Assembly (NCBI GenBank): GCA_003559735.1
Contig: PWKN01000217.1
Coordinates: forward strand, 6,916 to 70,915
Direction: 5' to 3'
DNA: 64,000 nucleotides
Source: Bacteroidales bacterium
GTDB lineage: Bacteria; Bacteroidota; Bacteroidia; Bacteroidales; UBA7960
Below, piece after piece: positions 1 to 8,963 of this stretch. The position numbers and the translations under genes were made by a program. Every line of letters begins with the position of its first letter. Within the stretch, counting starts at the first letter, position 1. Below the pieces are notes generated by a model, which was not told the origin of the DNA, searched no databases, and was given only the letters and a program-made list of their open reading frames with translations.

Positions 1-1490
1 TTCCACTCAGCATAATAGTCATATCCTTCGTAATACCCGCCGGGAGAATTCCAGTAGGCCATCTCACGTTCAAGGCTGTCATCCCACGGAAGCTCCATTA
101 TGGTCAGGTCGTCTGTGTGTTCGCCATGCTCCGGACAGGGATATGTTGAATGGCTGCGGTTAAAACCCAGTTCGACACGGTAAATGGCACCGGGTTCCGC
201 TTTGATGAGTTTTGAAAGGTCTATGGAATAATTGCCCCACCGGCTTTTGCCCGTTTTTTGGCTGGATGCCAGGGTGATGGTTTGCCGGTGAATCAAACGT
301 CCGGCAAGCCGAAGGTCCTGATCACCATCAAGTTTGTTGACCTGGAGAAAATGTCCCACATTGTCTTCATATATCCTGATCACCCTCACTTCTACGGCCC
401 GCAGGTTGACTGCTTCAAAAGGGAAAATAAGTCCCTCAGAGTCGGGAACGATCACCCCCTGTCCGCTTAGACGCAATGCGGGCTTGATGTCTTCAAAGGC
501 CAGTGTATATTCGGCGGGATCTGTTAACCGGTAGTCGTTGTCACTCAGTATCCCCTCTTCTACATAAAATTGCCGGGAGCCCGATAGCCTGGCACCTGGA
601 AAAACCCTTATTTCATTCCCGTCAACAAGAAACCGCAGGTTGTCTTCCTCCTGCAACCGTATCAGTCCGGCGAGGTTCTGGTTCCTTTTCACAGGATCAG
701 AGAAGCGCAGCGATACGTATTGTTCCGGCTGATGCACCACCTGAACATCAGCGATGGCAAACATGCCCAGGGCCGGAACGGACACCGGGTGCGATTCTGT
801 TATGCCGATCCCTGCCGGCCGTCCGTCGAAAGCAAGGATCAGCTCGCTGATTTCTGCCATCCGTTTAACGCTATCGACACGAAAGGTATGCATTCGTCCG
901 GTAGCGTCATGCTCCCATACCACATTCAGTTGTTGTCCTTCCTGCGATGCTGTGGTGAGTAAAGAAGCGGCCTCCTGACCATCCATAAAGTCGGCCGTAT
1001 GGATAACCCCTGAGATCTGGTAGCTCACGGGGTCGTGGACTTCATAAGGTACCAGTCCATCGAGCTCAACCGCAAAATGCTGGGGGATGGTATAAAATGC
1101 AAAAGTAAAAGAACGCTGCTCGCGTGGCAGATCAAACAACCGTCCGACAAAAAAATCAACCACAAAGCGCTGATCACTGGGTAAGCGCTTTTCCGGCCTG
1201 AACTCAATGGTACGCCTGTCGATCCAGTAACCGGTGCCTTTAACGGCCGGTGAAAAACTGAACAGCTGATCCGGCACGGGGGTCATTGGCTCGATCTCTC
1301 CCTGGTAGTCATTGCTGAGCAGCACGGTGATGGTTGAACCGGACGAAACAGATCCGGAAGTGAACCCGGCAATAGCGGGGTGATACGGGGGATCATCATA
1401 AAGGTATTTCTGTCTGTCTGTACGTTGGCACTGGGTCAGTGAAAGCAGCAGCAGAAGCAAAGCAATGCTCCGGGTGAGATAAGGTTTCAT
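1..1490 (-). CDS. alpha-2-macroglobulin-family lipoprotein, N-terminal part (3' end runs off the left window edge)
   Basis: Minus-strand frame is open from the ATG at 1488-1490 down to about 840 by hand translation and appears open to position 1. It is absent from the ORF track because no stop is reached. The N-terminus MKPYLTRSIALLLLLLSLTQC is a signal peptide plus lipobox Cys. The following HPAIAGFTSGSVSSGSTITVLLSNDYQGEIEP resembles the N-terminal MG-domain region of bacterial alpha-2-macroglobulins. The family call is from memory. Confidence 0.5.
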   Translation of the reverse strand, partial: MKPYLTRSIALLLLLLSLTQCQRTDRQKYLYDDPPYHPAIAGFTSGSVSSGSTITVLLSNDYQGEIEPMTPVPDQLFSFSPAVKGTGYWIDRRTIEFRPEKRLPSDQRFVVDFFVGRLFDLPREQRSFTFAFYTIPQHFAVELDGLVPYEVHDPVSYQISGVIHTADFMDGQEAASLLTTASQEGQQLNVVWEHDATGRMHTFRVDSVKRMAEISELILAFDGRPAGIGITESHPVSVPALGMFAIADVQVVHQPEQYVSLRFSDPVKRNQNLAGLIRLQEEDNLRFLVDGNEIRVFPGARLSGSRQFYVEEGILSDNDYRLTDPAEYTLAFEDIKPALRLSGQGVIVPDSEGLIFPFEAVNLRAVEVRVIRIYEDNVGHFLQVNKLDGDQDLRLAGRLIHRQTITLASSQKTGKSRWGNYSIDLSKLIKAEPGAIYRVELGFNRSHSTYPCPEHGEHTDDLTIMELPWDDSLEREMAYWNSPGGYYEGYDYYAEW

Positions 1491-1615
1491 GGCGTCAGGA
1501 TTTTTTGTGATACATGCAGGGTTTGGTTTTGTTGGTTATTGATATGTGGTCATCAGTGGTTGTTACAGAATGACAGATTGACTTGTGTAATGAAGCAAAC
1601 ACAAAGCCATTTGTA

Positions 1616-3298
1616 TTAAAACAGTTGAATAATGTTGCCATAGATCAGCACCGCTCCAACAATTCCGCCGAGCAATCCCATGATGACCACCGGTATAGTA
1701 TTCTTTTTCAGCAGGTCACCTTCCTTACCCGTTAGTCCGACGGTAGCACATGCAGCAATAATGTTATGGATGCCGATCATGTTCCCGATGCCGCCACCCA
1801 TGTTTTGCAGGCTGACAGCGATGGTACGCGAAATATCGGTTTGTTCGGCCACGGCGTATTGAAACAGTGAGAACAGCATGTTGGATACGGCATTTGATCC
1901 TGCCATAAATGTACCCAGTGCACCCACAAAGGGACTCAATAACGGCCATGCTGCGCCGGTACTGCCGGCTGCGAATTGTGCCATTGCCATAGGCATGGCA
2001 GGCAGGTCACCTGGGTTGTTGCCTGTTTGCATCATGATCCTTATCATGGGCACTGCGAAGACCAGGGCGATGGCCGGCGATCTCATCCGCTGAAACGATT
2101 CGGTCCAGGCATTGGCAACCTGTTTCTTTGTCATGCCAAACAACGGGATACAGATCAGTGCAACAAAAAGGAAAGGAAACACTCCCGGGTTATACAGTGT
2201 GTCCAGACTGGCGACAACATCTGTTCCGAAAAGGTTCTCCAATCGTATTGTCAGTGATTCAAGCCATTTGTTGAAAGGCAGTTGGCGAAGCCTGGTAAGG
2301 ATAAGCAACGTCCCGATCAGGGCATAGGGCAGCCAGGCTTTCTGCAGTGAAAATCCCGCACCTGTGTCCGCTGTTTTTGCTTCGATGGCGCCCATCCAGG
2401 ATGCCTCCCAGCGGGAAGGCTCCGGGAAATCCCAATGATCCCTGGGCACAAGAAATCCAGCTTTTGTTGCCGGGATGAGGATCATCATTCCTGCCAATGC
2501 CCCCAAAATGGTTGGGAACTCCGGACCAAGAAGGTGTGCGACAACAGTGTATGGGACCACGAAACACAAGCCGGCAAACAACGCATAGGGCCATATTTTC
2601 AGGCCTTCGGTGATGCTTTTTTTTGCACCGAAGAAACGGGTAAGCATGACTGTCATGATCAGTGGCACAAATATGCCGGGTATCATGTGCAACAAAGCTG
2701 TCCAGGCACCAATTTGCTGTATGAATGCTTCGTAGGTCAGTCCGGTTTCAGCAACAGCGTGTTGCACCTCCGGCAGGTTCAGTGATGTCCCCACACCGAT
2801 CAGTGTTGGTGTACCCACGGCACCGAATGAGACGGCGGTTGTGTTGGCGATCAGTGCAACCATCACGGCGGCAAGGGCAGGGAATCCAAGTGACAGCAAA
2901 AGAGGCGCAGTCAATGCTGCCGGTGTGCCAAAACCAGCAGCTCCTTCAATAAAACTGCCGAACAGCCATGTAATAATGATTGCCTGTATCCGCTTATCGG
3001 GCGATATGCTTGTAAAGCCTTTGTTAATGACTGTTATGGCACCACTTTCACGCAAAGTGAACAGCACGGCAAGCGCTCCAAACACAATAAGCAAAATATT
3101 TGCAGCAATAACCAGTCCGTTGACATATGCAGCGGCAATCCATATGGAAGGCATATCCCAGGAAAAATATGCCAGGAGCAAAGTGATGAAAAATGCGACA
3201 GGCATCGCCTTTGTGGCAGGCCACCGAAAACCAGCCATCATGACGAATATCACGAGCAACGGGATAAATGCCAATAATGCCAGGTATCCTTCATCCAT
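1616..3298 (-). CDS. lctP: L-lactate permease (LctP family)
   Basis: 560-aa polytopic membrane ORF. The N-terminus (LALLAFIPLLVIFVMMAGFRWPATKAMP) and overall pattern are typical of LctP/GlcA lactate/glycolate permeases. Confidence 0.88.
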   Translation of the reverse strand: MDEGYLALLAFIPLLVIFVMMAGFRWPATKAMPVAFFITLLLAYFSWDMPSIWIAAAYVNGLVIAANILLIVFGALAVLFTLRESGAITVINKGFTSISPDKRIQAIIITWLFGSFIEGAAGFGTPAALTAPLLLSLGFPALAAVMVALIANTTAVSFGAVGTPTLIGVGTSLNLPEVQHAVAETGLTYEAFIQQIGAWTALLHMIPGIFVPLIMTVMLTRFFGAKKSITEGLKIWPYALFAGLCFVVPYTVVAHLLGPEFPTILGALAGMMILIPATKAGFLVPRDHWDFPEPSRWEASWMGAIEAKTADTGAGFSLQKAWLPYALIGTLLILTRLRQLPFNKWLESLTIRLENLFGTDVVASLDTLYNPGVFPFLFVALICIPLFGMTKKQVANAWTESFQRMRSPAIALVFAVPMIRIMMQTGNNPGDLPAMPMAMAQFAAGSTGAAWPLLSPFVGALGTFMAGSNAVSNMLFSLFQYAVAEQTDISRTIAVSLQNMGGGIGNMIGIHNIIAACATVGLTGKEGDLLKKNTIPVVIMGLLGGIVGAVLIYGNIIQLF

Positions 3299-3403
3299 TG
3301 TCCGGTGGGGTATTGGGTTAAATAAATATTGGCGTGAATATAAACAAAATAAAACAATAACCCGTTTGATTTTGTTTACCTGTTGTATAAAACAAAATAA
3401 ATC

Positions 3404-4411
3404 ATGGCAAAAATAGCTTTCTTTTCAACCCAATCGTATGACCGCAGTTTTTTTGAAGGAAATAGCGGAAAACACCAGTTTGAGTTTTTTGAGACCCGGT
3501 TAAAGAAAAATACAGCACAGCTGGCTGATGGTTTTGATGGCGTATGTGTGTTTGTGAATGACCAGGTAGATGCCGGGGTGTTAAAAAAACTGGCTGAGAT
3601 GAACGTAAGGTTGGTGGCATTGCGGTGTGCCGGGTTCAACAACGTTGATCTTAAAGCGGCAGAAGAACACAACGTCCGTGTGATGCGGGTGCCTGCCTAT
3701 TCGCCCGAAGCCGTTGCAGAGCATGCAATAGCCCTGATCATGACGCTTGCCCGCAAGACCCATAAGGCATTTGTGCGTGTCAGGGAGGGCAACTTTTCAC
3801 TTGAAAGGCTTACGGGTTTCAATATTCATGGAAAAACGATCGGCATTGTTGGTACAGGGAAGATCGGACAGGCCTTCGCCCGTGTTGCGAATGGATTTGG
3901 TGTTACACTGATCGCCTATGATAAGTATCCGGATAAAGAGATGAAAAAGATGGGTGTTGAATACCTTTCTTTTGATGAGCTGCTTGCAGGGAGCGACATT
4001 TTAAGTTTGCATTGCCCCCTCACTCCCGAAACAAACCATCTGATCAACAGCGGGTCGCTGGCAAAAATGAAAAAAGGGGCAATGCTGGTCAACACGAGCA
4101 GGGGCAAGCTTGTTGATACGGCAGCTGTGATCGACTCCCTGAAGGATGGGCACCTCGGATCGCTGGCCATTGACGTATATGAGCAGGAGGAAAAACTGTT
4201 TTTCCGTGATCTCTCTGAGCTGATCATCCGCGACGATCAGATCGCACGGCTGATGATATTTCCCAATGTGTTGATCACTGCACACCAGGGGTTCTTCACC
4301 AGTGAAAGCCTCGAAGAGATCACAAGGATCACGGTAAAGAACTTTGATGATTATGAAGCAGGGAGGCTGTCGGAAAATGAAGTGAGTTGCAAGCTGTTGA
4401 AAAACTGCTGA
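3404..4411 (+). CDS. ldhA: D-lactate dehydrogenase (D-isomer-specific 2-hydroxyacid dehydrogenase)
   Basis: 335 aa. Motifs seen are MAKIAFFSTQSYD...RCAGFNNVDL...VPAYSPEAVAEH... and the NAD fold GIVGTGKIGQ. It is divergent from the lactate permease. Confidence 0.88.
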   Translation: MAKIAFFSTQSYDRSFFEGNSGKHQFEFFETRLKKNTAQLADGFDGVCVFVNDQVDAGVLKKLAEMNVRLVALRCAGFNNVDLKAAEEHNVRVMRVPAYSPEAVAEHAIALIMTLARKTHKAFVRVREGNFSLERLTGFNIHGKTIGIVGTGKIGQAFARVANGFGVTLIAYDKYPDKEMKKMGVEYLSFDELLAGSDILSLHCPLTPETNHLINSGSLAKMKKGAMLVNTSRGKLVDTAAVIDSLKDGHLGSLAIDVYEQEEKLFFRDLSELIIRDDQIARLMIFPNVLITAHQGFFTSESLEEITRITVKNFDDYEAGRLSENEVSCKLLKNC

Positions 4412-4539
4412 CAGACTCCAGGGGGGTAACTTTCGTGTTATAAAGCCATCAATGTTCTGCCTGAGGCTTGTAGTGGGTAGTCCTGTTTGGGTTAACATTT
4501 AATTAACATTAAACAAACCTTTTCTTAATATGCCGGATA

Positions 4540-4547
4540 TACTTTTG
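4540..4547 (+). promoter_or_regulatory. putative Bacteroidetes -7 promoter box (TACTTTTG)
   Basis: Exact match to TAnnTTTG, 26 nt upstream of the PiT start codon. Confidence 0.45.
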
Positions 4548-4573
4548 TCCATCGAAAACAAACCTGTTTTTCA

Positions 4574-6838
4574 ATGGAATATGTATATCTTTTTTTCGTG
4601 ATCGCCCTGCTCATACTTGCTGTTGCAGATCTTTCAGTGGGTGTTGGCAATGATGCGGTGAACTTCCTTAATTCATCAATAGGGGCCAGGGTTGCACCTT
4701 TTTTCTTTATCATGGCCATTGCTTCATTGGGCGTACTGGTGGGGGCCATATTCAGCAGCGGGATGATGGAGGTGGCACGCAGTGGCATATTCAATCCGGA
4801 CAAGTTTTATTTTTCTGAGATCATGATCATCTTTCTTGCTGTCATGATCACTGATATGATACTGCTGGATGCCTTCAATACGTTTGGGTTGCAGACATCC
4901 ACAACTGTATCTATTGTTTTTGAGTTGCTGGGTGCGGCTGTTGCCATCGCGATGTTAAAGAGCATCAGCGCCGGAGACGGGTTGCAGAACATAGGCGACT
5001 ACATCAACTCAGCCCGTGCACTGGCCATCATTTCAGCAATTTTACTGTCGGTGGTGATCGCATTTACTGTGGGGACGTTCGTGCAGTTCATCACCCGGGT
5101 GTTGTTTACATTCCAGTACGAGCGAAAGATCCCTTATCTTGGAGGCATATGGGGCGGATTGGCGGTCTCTGCCATCATATATTTCCTTTTGCTGAAAGGG
5201 GCCCGTGGAGCTTCATTTATCAGTGTGGCCACTGTAGAATGGATTGACAACAATGCTGGAATGTTTATGGTATACAGTTTTGTTCTGCTGACTGTTTTGT
5301 TCCAGGTACTGATCATGGCTTTCCGGACAAACATATTGCGTATTGTGATACTCGTTGGTACCTTTGCCCTGGCCATGGCATTTGCATCAAACGACCTGGT
5401 GAACTTCATCGGGGTGCCCCTGGCAGGACTTGAGTCGTATATGGCGTTTATTTCAAACCCTGCGATTGATCCGGGTAGCTATACCATGGAATCGTTGCTT
5501 GAGCCGGTCCGGACACCCACTGTTTACCTGGTTGTTGCAGGGGTTATCATGATCATCACCCTGGCCTTTTCAAAAAAGGCACGTTCGGTAACACAGACAG
5601 AGATTGACCTGGCAAGGCAGACAGAGGGTTATGAGCGCTTTTCATCATCTCCTCTGGCCCGGAACATCCTAAGGATGGGTCTTGAGATCAATAAGTTTTT
5701 TTGTATGGTGCTGCCCGGTGCAGTTTTGCGAAAAATTAACGAGCGGTTTCATCGTCCGGAAAACAACAACAACAACAACCACAAAAACATCCATAAGGAG
5801 CCCTATTTTGACCAGTTGAGGGCTTCGGTCAACCTTGTGGTAGCCAGCAGCCTGATTGCACTGGCGACTTCTCTAACACTTCCTTTGTCAACCACTTATG
5901 TTACGTTCATGGTTGCCATGGGTACCTCATTGTCTGACCGGGCATGGGGCAGGGAAAGTGCCGTTTATCGTATTTCAGGGGTAATTACCGTGATTGGGGG
6001 ATGGTTTTTTACAGCATTCGCTGCATTTACCCTCGCATTCCTCCTGGCGCTGCTTATCAGCAAGGGCGGTATTGTTGCAGCGGTGATCGCCGTTACAGGG
6101 GCATTTGCCATCATTGTAAAAACATATCATTATCACCGGAAGAGGTCCAGAAAGCGAAAAGATTATGATGAAAAACAGCTGATCGAATGGGATAATGAAA
6201 GCATCATGGCAGAGTGTCAGCTGAACATCCACAATACCCTGGTTGCTTCAACGGATCTTTATGCGCGGCTGATTGACTTACTGATCAGGGAAGACAGGAG
6301 GGGGATGCGGACGCTTTTAAAGAAAGTCAGCCGGCTGAACCAAAAATCAAAAGAGCTTAAAGCCGATGCGTTCAATACGGTAAGAAGACTGCAGGATGAT
6401 GCCATCGACAGCAGTCATTATTATATCCAGACGCTGGACTACCTGAGGGAAATTGCCCATTGTGTGCACTTTCTTGCTGAACCGGCCTACAGTCATCTCG
6501 ATAACAATCATCCACCGCTAAACCATAAGCAGGTGACAGACCTTGATAAATTGAAAACCATGGTGCAGGAAATCCTGCTGTCAATAGTGAAACTGGTGGA
6601 GACCAATGATTTTGGGAAAATCAGCAGCATTATCAAAAATCAGCAGCACATATTGTCTTATTTGCAGGAGTTGAAGAAGAAACAGGTTCGCATGATCAGG
6701 GAGGAGGAGACAGGAACGCGGAACAGTTTATTGTACTTCAACATTCTCGCAGAAAGCAAAAACCTTTTGTTGTTTACTGTAAACATGCTGAAGGCGCACC
6801 GCGACTTTGTCCTGTATAAAAATATTCCGGCAGAGTAG
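4574..6838 (+). CDS. inorganic phosphate transporter (PiT/PHO4 family) with a long helical C-terminal PhoU-like extension
   Basis: 754 aa. The N-terminal GNDAVNFLNSSIGA and a later ASNDLVNFIGVPLAG are the paired PiT signature repeats. The last ~200 aa are soluble and helical. An (AAC)6 run encodes poly-Asn at 5762-5779. Confidence 0.82.
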   Translation: MEYVYLFFVIALLILAVADLSVGVGNDAVNFLNSSIGARVAPFFFIMAIASLGVLVGAIFSSGMMEVARSGIFNPDKFYFSEIMIIFLAVMITDMILLDAFNTFGLQTSTTVSIVFELLGAAVAIAMLKSISAGDGLQNIGDYINSARALAIISAILLSVVIAFTVGTFVQFITRVLFTFQYERKIPYLGGIWGGLAVSAIIYFLLLKGARGASFISVATVEWIDNNAGMFMVYSFVLLTVLFQVLIMAFRTNILRIVILVGTFALAMAFASNDLVNFIGVPLAGLESYMAFISNPAIDPGSYTMESLLEPVRTPTVYLVVAGVIMIITLAFSKKARSVTQTEIDLARQTEGYERFSSSPLARNILRMGLEINKFFCMVLPGAVLRKINERFHRPENNNNNNHKNIHKEPYFDQLRASVNLVVASSLIALATSLTLPLSTTYVTFMVAMGTSLSDRAWGRESAVYRISGVITVIGGWFFTAFAAFTLAFLLALLISKGGIVAAVIAVTGAFAIIVKTYHYHRKRSRKRKDYDEKQLIEWDNESIMAECQLNIHNTLVASTDLYARLIDLLIREDRRGMRTLLKKVSRLNQKSKELKADAFNTVRRLQDDAIDSSHYYIQTLDYLREIAHCVHFLAEPAYSHLDNNHPPLNHKQVTDLDKLKTMVQEILLSIVKLVETNDFGKISSIIKNQQHILSYLQELKKKQVRMIREEETGTRNSLLYFNILAESKNLLLFTVNMLKAHRDFVLYKNIPAE

Positions 6839-6923
6839 ATAAGAGTCAATGGTAATCTGGTATCAGTCTATATGTCAGAATAATAAATAAATAAACCCAT
6901 GCCGGTCACCCCTGAAAAATCCT

Positions 6924-6931
6924 TATCTTTG
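6924..6931 (+). promoter_or_regulatory. putative -7 promoter box (TATCTTTG)
   Basis: Exact TAnnTTTG inside the 5' extension of the tracked ORF and 21 nt upstream of the ATG at 6953. This argues for the shorter response-regulator start. Confidence 0.45.
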
Positions 6932-6952
6932 TTGCATACCCATAAAGAAGCC

Positions 6953-7666
6953 ATGACATCCGGAACACATACCATCCTTTTGGTTGATGATGAACCCGAC
7001 ATTCTTGATTTTATCAGCTACAACCTGAGAAAAGAGGGTTACCGTGTTTATTCGGCCATCGATGGACAGGAAGCCCTCAGGCTGGCAAAGAAGGTTCATC
7101 CCCATCTCATCATCCTGGATGTGATGATGCCGGGTATGGATGGTGTTGAGACATGCCGTATGATCAGGCAGACCCCCGGACTTTCAGATATCATCATTAC
7201 TTTTTTAACTGCGCGGGGTGAAGATTATTCCCAATTGGCAGGTTTCGATGCCGGGGGCGATGATTACATTACCAAACCCATCAAGCCAGGGTTGCTGATT
7301 AGCAGGGTGAAGGCCCTATTGCGCCGCTATCAGCCCAACAGCGGGTCCGGATCGTGGCAAAAACTGCAGGTAGGTGATATTGGCATAGACCGTGAAGAAT
7401 ATGTCGTATGGCGCAAGGAGGACCGGATCGATCTGCCACGTAAGGAATTTGAACTTCTGTGCCTCCTGGTGTCAAAGCCCAACAAGGTCTTTACCCGGGA
7501 TGAGATTTTTGATAAGGTATGGGGCAATATGGTGATTGTGGGTGATCGAACCATTGATGTGCACATCAGGAAGTTGCGTGAAAAGATCGGAGCCGGCTAT
7601 ATAAGGACGGTGAAAGGTGTAGGGTATAAATTTATCCCGGAACCAGCGATCCACGATCCTGAATAG
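6953..7666 (+). CDS. OmpR/PhoB-family two-component response regulator
   Basis: Receiver domain (ILLVDDEPDI...LDVMMPGMDG...) plus winged-helix output (LPRKEFELLCLL...RTIDVHIRKLREK...GVGYKF). The start was moved from 6899 to the ATG at 6953 (MTSGTHTILLVDD). Confidence 0.9.
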   Translation: MTSGTHTILLVDDEPDILDFISYNLRKEGYRVYSAIDGQEALRLAKKVHPHLIILDVMMPGMDGVETCRMIRQTPGLSDIIITFLTARGEDYSQLAGFDAGGDDYITKPIKPGLLISRVKALLRRYQPNSGSGSWQKLQVGDIGIDREEYVVWRKEDRIDLPRKEFELLCLLVSKPNKVFTRDEIFDKVWGNMVIVGDRTIDVHIRKLREKIGAGYIRTVKGVGYKFIPEPAIHDPE

Positions 7667-7669
7667 AGT

Positions 7670-7809
7670 CTGTCCATAAAGTCTGGTGTCTGAACTGTAA
7701 TGTTCGGGTTCAAGGCTTGCGCAGTTTTGAAAACCAAGGAGTTTACTCTTGTAAAAACCTGGGTTCAAAACAAGCATAACGCAGAAACCGGATCGTGGAG
7801 ACAGACACT
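7670..7809 (+). repeat. ~140-bp hairpin-forming intergenic repeat, copy A (MITE/REP-like)
   Basis: About 88% identical by eye to the reverse complement of 36422-36561. It is internally self-complementary and starts 4 nt after the response-regulator stop. Confidence 0.75.
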
Positions 7810-7874
7810 GAATAAGTGCAGCAGGGAAACAGGATCCACTGTGTTACACATTGAAAAAAGCAGATTTTTCTGTC

Positions 7875-8963
7875 ATGAAAGATGCTTCCCCAAAAAAACT
7901 GGCCTTCATCGCAGCGTTGCTCGTAATGTTTGCATTTACAGGCATCCTTATTCTTGCAGATATCTTCTCCGAGATGCAGATCAGCTACCTGGTCTTTTTC
8001 GTGGGGGGCTTATTGCTGTTCATTGTCTCATACTCCGTGTTCTATTATATCCTCAATAATTTTATATATAACAAAATCCGCCTGGTCTACAAAACGATTC
8101 ATGAATTGAAGGCGCCCAGCAGGGAGCGTCAGGAAAAACTGTACCGGAACAGCGACATTATTCAGAGGGCCAATGAGGAGGTGGCGGCCTGGGCCAGTGA
8201 CAAACGAAAAGAGATCGAAGACCTGAAAAAGATGGAGGCCTACCGGCGGGAGTTTCTCGGCAATGTGTCGCACGAACTGAAAACGCCCATATTCAATATC
8301 CAGGGATACGTGCTTACTCTGCTTGATGGCGGACTGGAGGATCCGAAGGTGAACAGGTCGTATCTTATGCGGACGGAAAAGAGTATTAACCGGATGATCT
8401 CAATTGTTGAAGACCTTGAGACGATCTCAAAGCTGGAATCAGGAGAGGTGAAGCTCAAATTCAGTCACTTTGATATGAATATGCTGGTACGAGAGGTGAT
8501 GGATATGCTTGAGATGGATGCATCACAAAAAAATATACATTTCGCTTTCAGGAGTTCACCGGAGGTGCCGGTAATGGTTTATGCCGACAGGCAAAACATA
8601 CACCAGGTGGTAACCAACCTCATGGCAAACGCCATCAAGTACGGGAGGGATAACGGCCATGTTAAGGTAAGCTTTTTTGATATGGATGAACACATCCTGA
8701 CAGAGATTACCGACAGCGGCATTGGCATTCCGCGGGAGGAGCTGCCAAGGGTTTTTGAACGTTTTTATCGTGGTGAGAAAAGTCGTTCCAGGAACCAGGG
8801 TGGTGGTGGGTCAGGTCTGGGACTGGCGATCGTCAAACATATTATTGAGGCACACCAGCAAGCCATCAATGTGAGGAGCACCCTGGGAATTGGTACTACC
8901 TTTGCTTTTACCCTGAAAAAAGGAAAGTCGGTGGGCAACAGCTACGGAAGTTTTGTCATATGA
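7875..8963 (+). CDS. sensor histidine kinase (PhoR-like architecture: 2 TM + HisKA + HATPase_c)
   Basis: H-box FLGNVSHELKTPIF, N-box NLMANAIKY, and G-boxes DSGIGIP / GGSGLGLAIV. The tracked ORF starts at a TTG (7851); the first ATG is at 7875. Confidence 0.85.
   Translation: MKDASPKKLAFIAALLVMFAFTGILILADIFSEMQISYLVFFVGGLLLFIVSYSVFYYILNNFIYNKIRLVYKTIHELKAPSRERQEKLYRNSDIIQRANEEVAAWASDKRKEIEDLKKMEAYRREFLGNVSHELKTPIFNIQGYVLTLLDGGLEDPKVNRSYLMRTEKSINRMISIVEDLETISKLESGEVKLKFSHFDMNMLVREVMDMLEMDASQKNIHFAFRSSPEVPVMVYADRQNIHQVVTNLMANAIKYGRDNGHVKVSFFDMDEHILTEITDSGIGIPREELPRVFERFYRGEKSRSRNQGGGGSGLGLAIVKHIIEAHQQAINVRSTLGIGTTFAFTLKKGKSVGNSYGSFVI

Noticed and set aside
5762-5779. (AAC)6 microsatellite inside the PiT gene as a possible phase-variation switch
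   Set aside because: The trinucleotide unit keeps the reading frame under slippage and only varies a poly-Asn loop. It is not an on/off contingency locus.
6899-6952. Longer N-terminal extensions offered by the ORF track. They affect the RR (6899), HK (7851), serS (14753), DUF2148 (22449), TPR (35064), queE (37479), OmpA (38181), thyA (44641), gcvP (54180), MerR (61005) and PQQ (61129) genes
   Set aside because: The extensions use TTG or GTG starts, run across terminators or TAnnTTTG promoter boxes, overlap neighbouring genes, or precede the conserved N-terminus of the family. Downstream starts were chosen instead.
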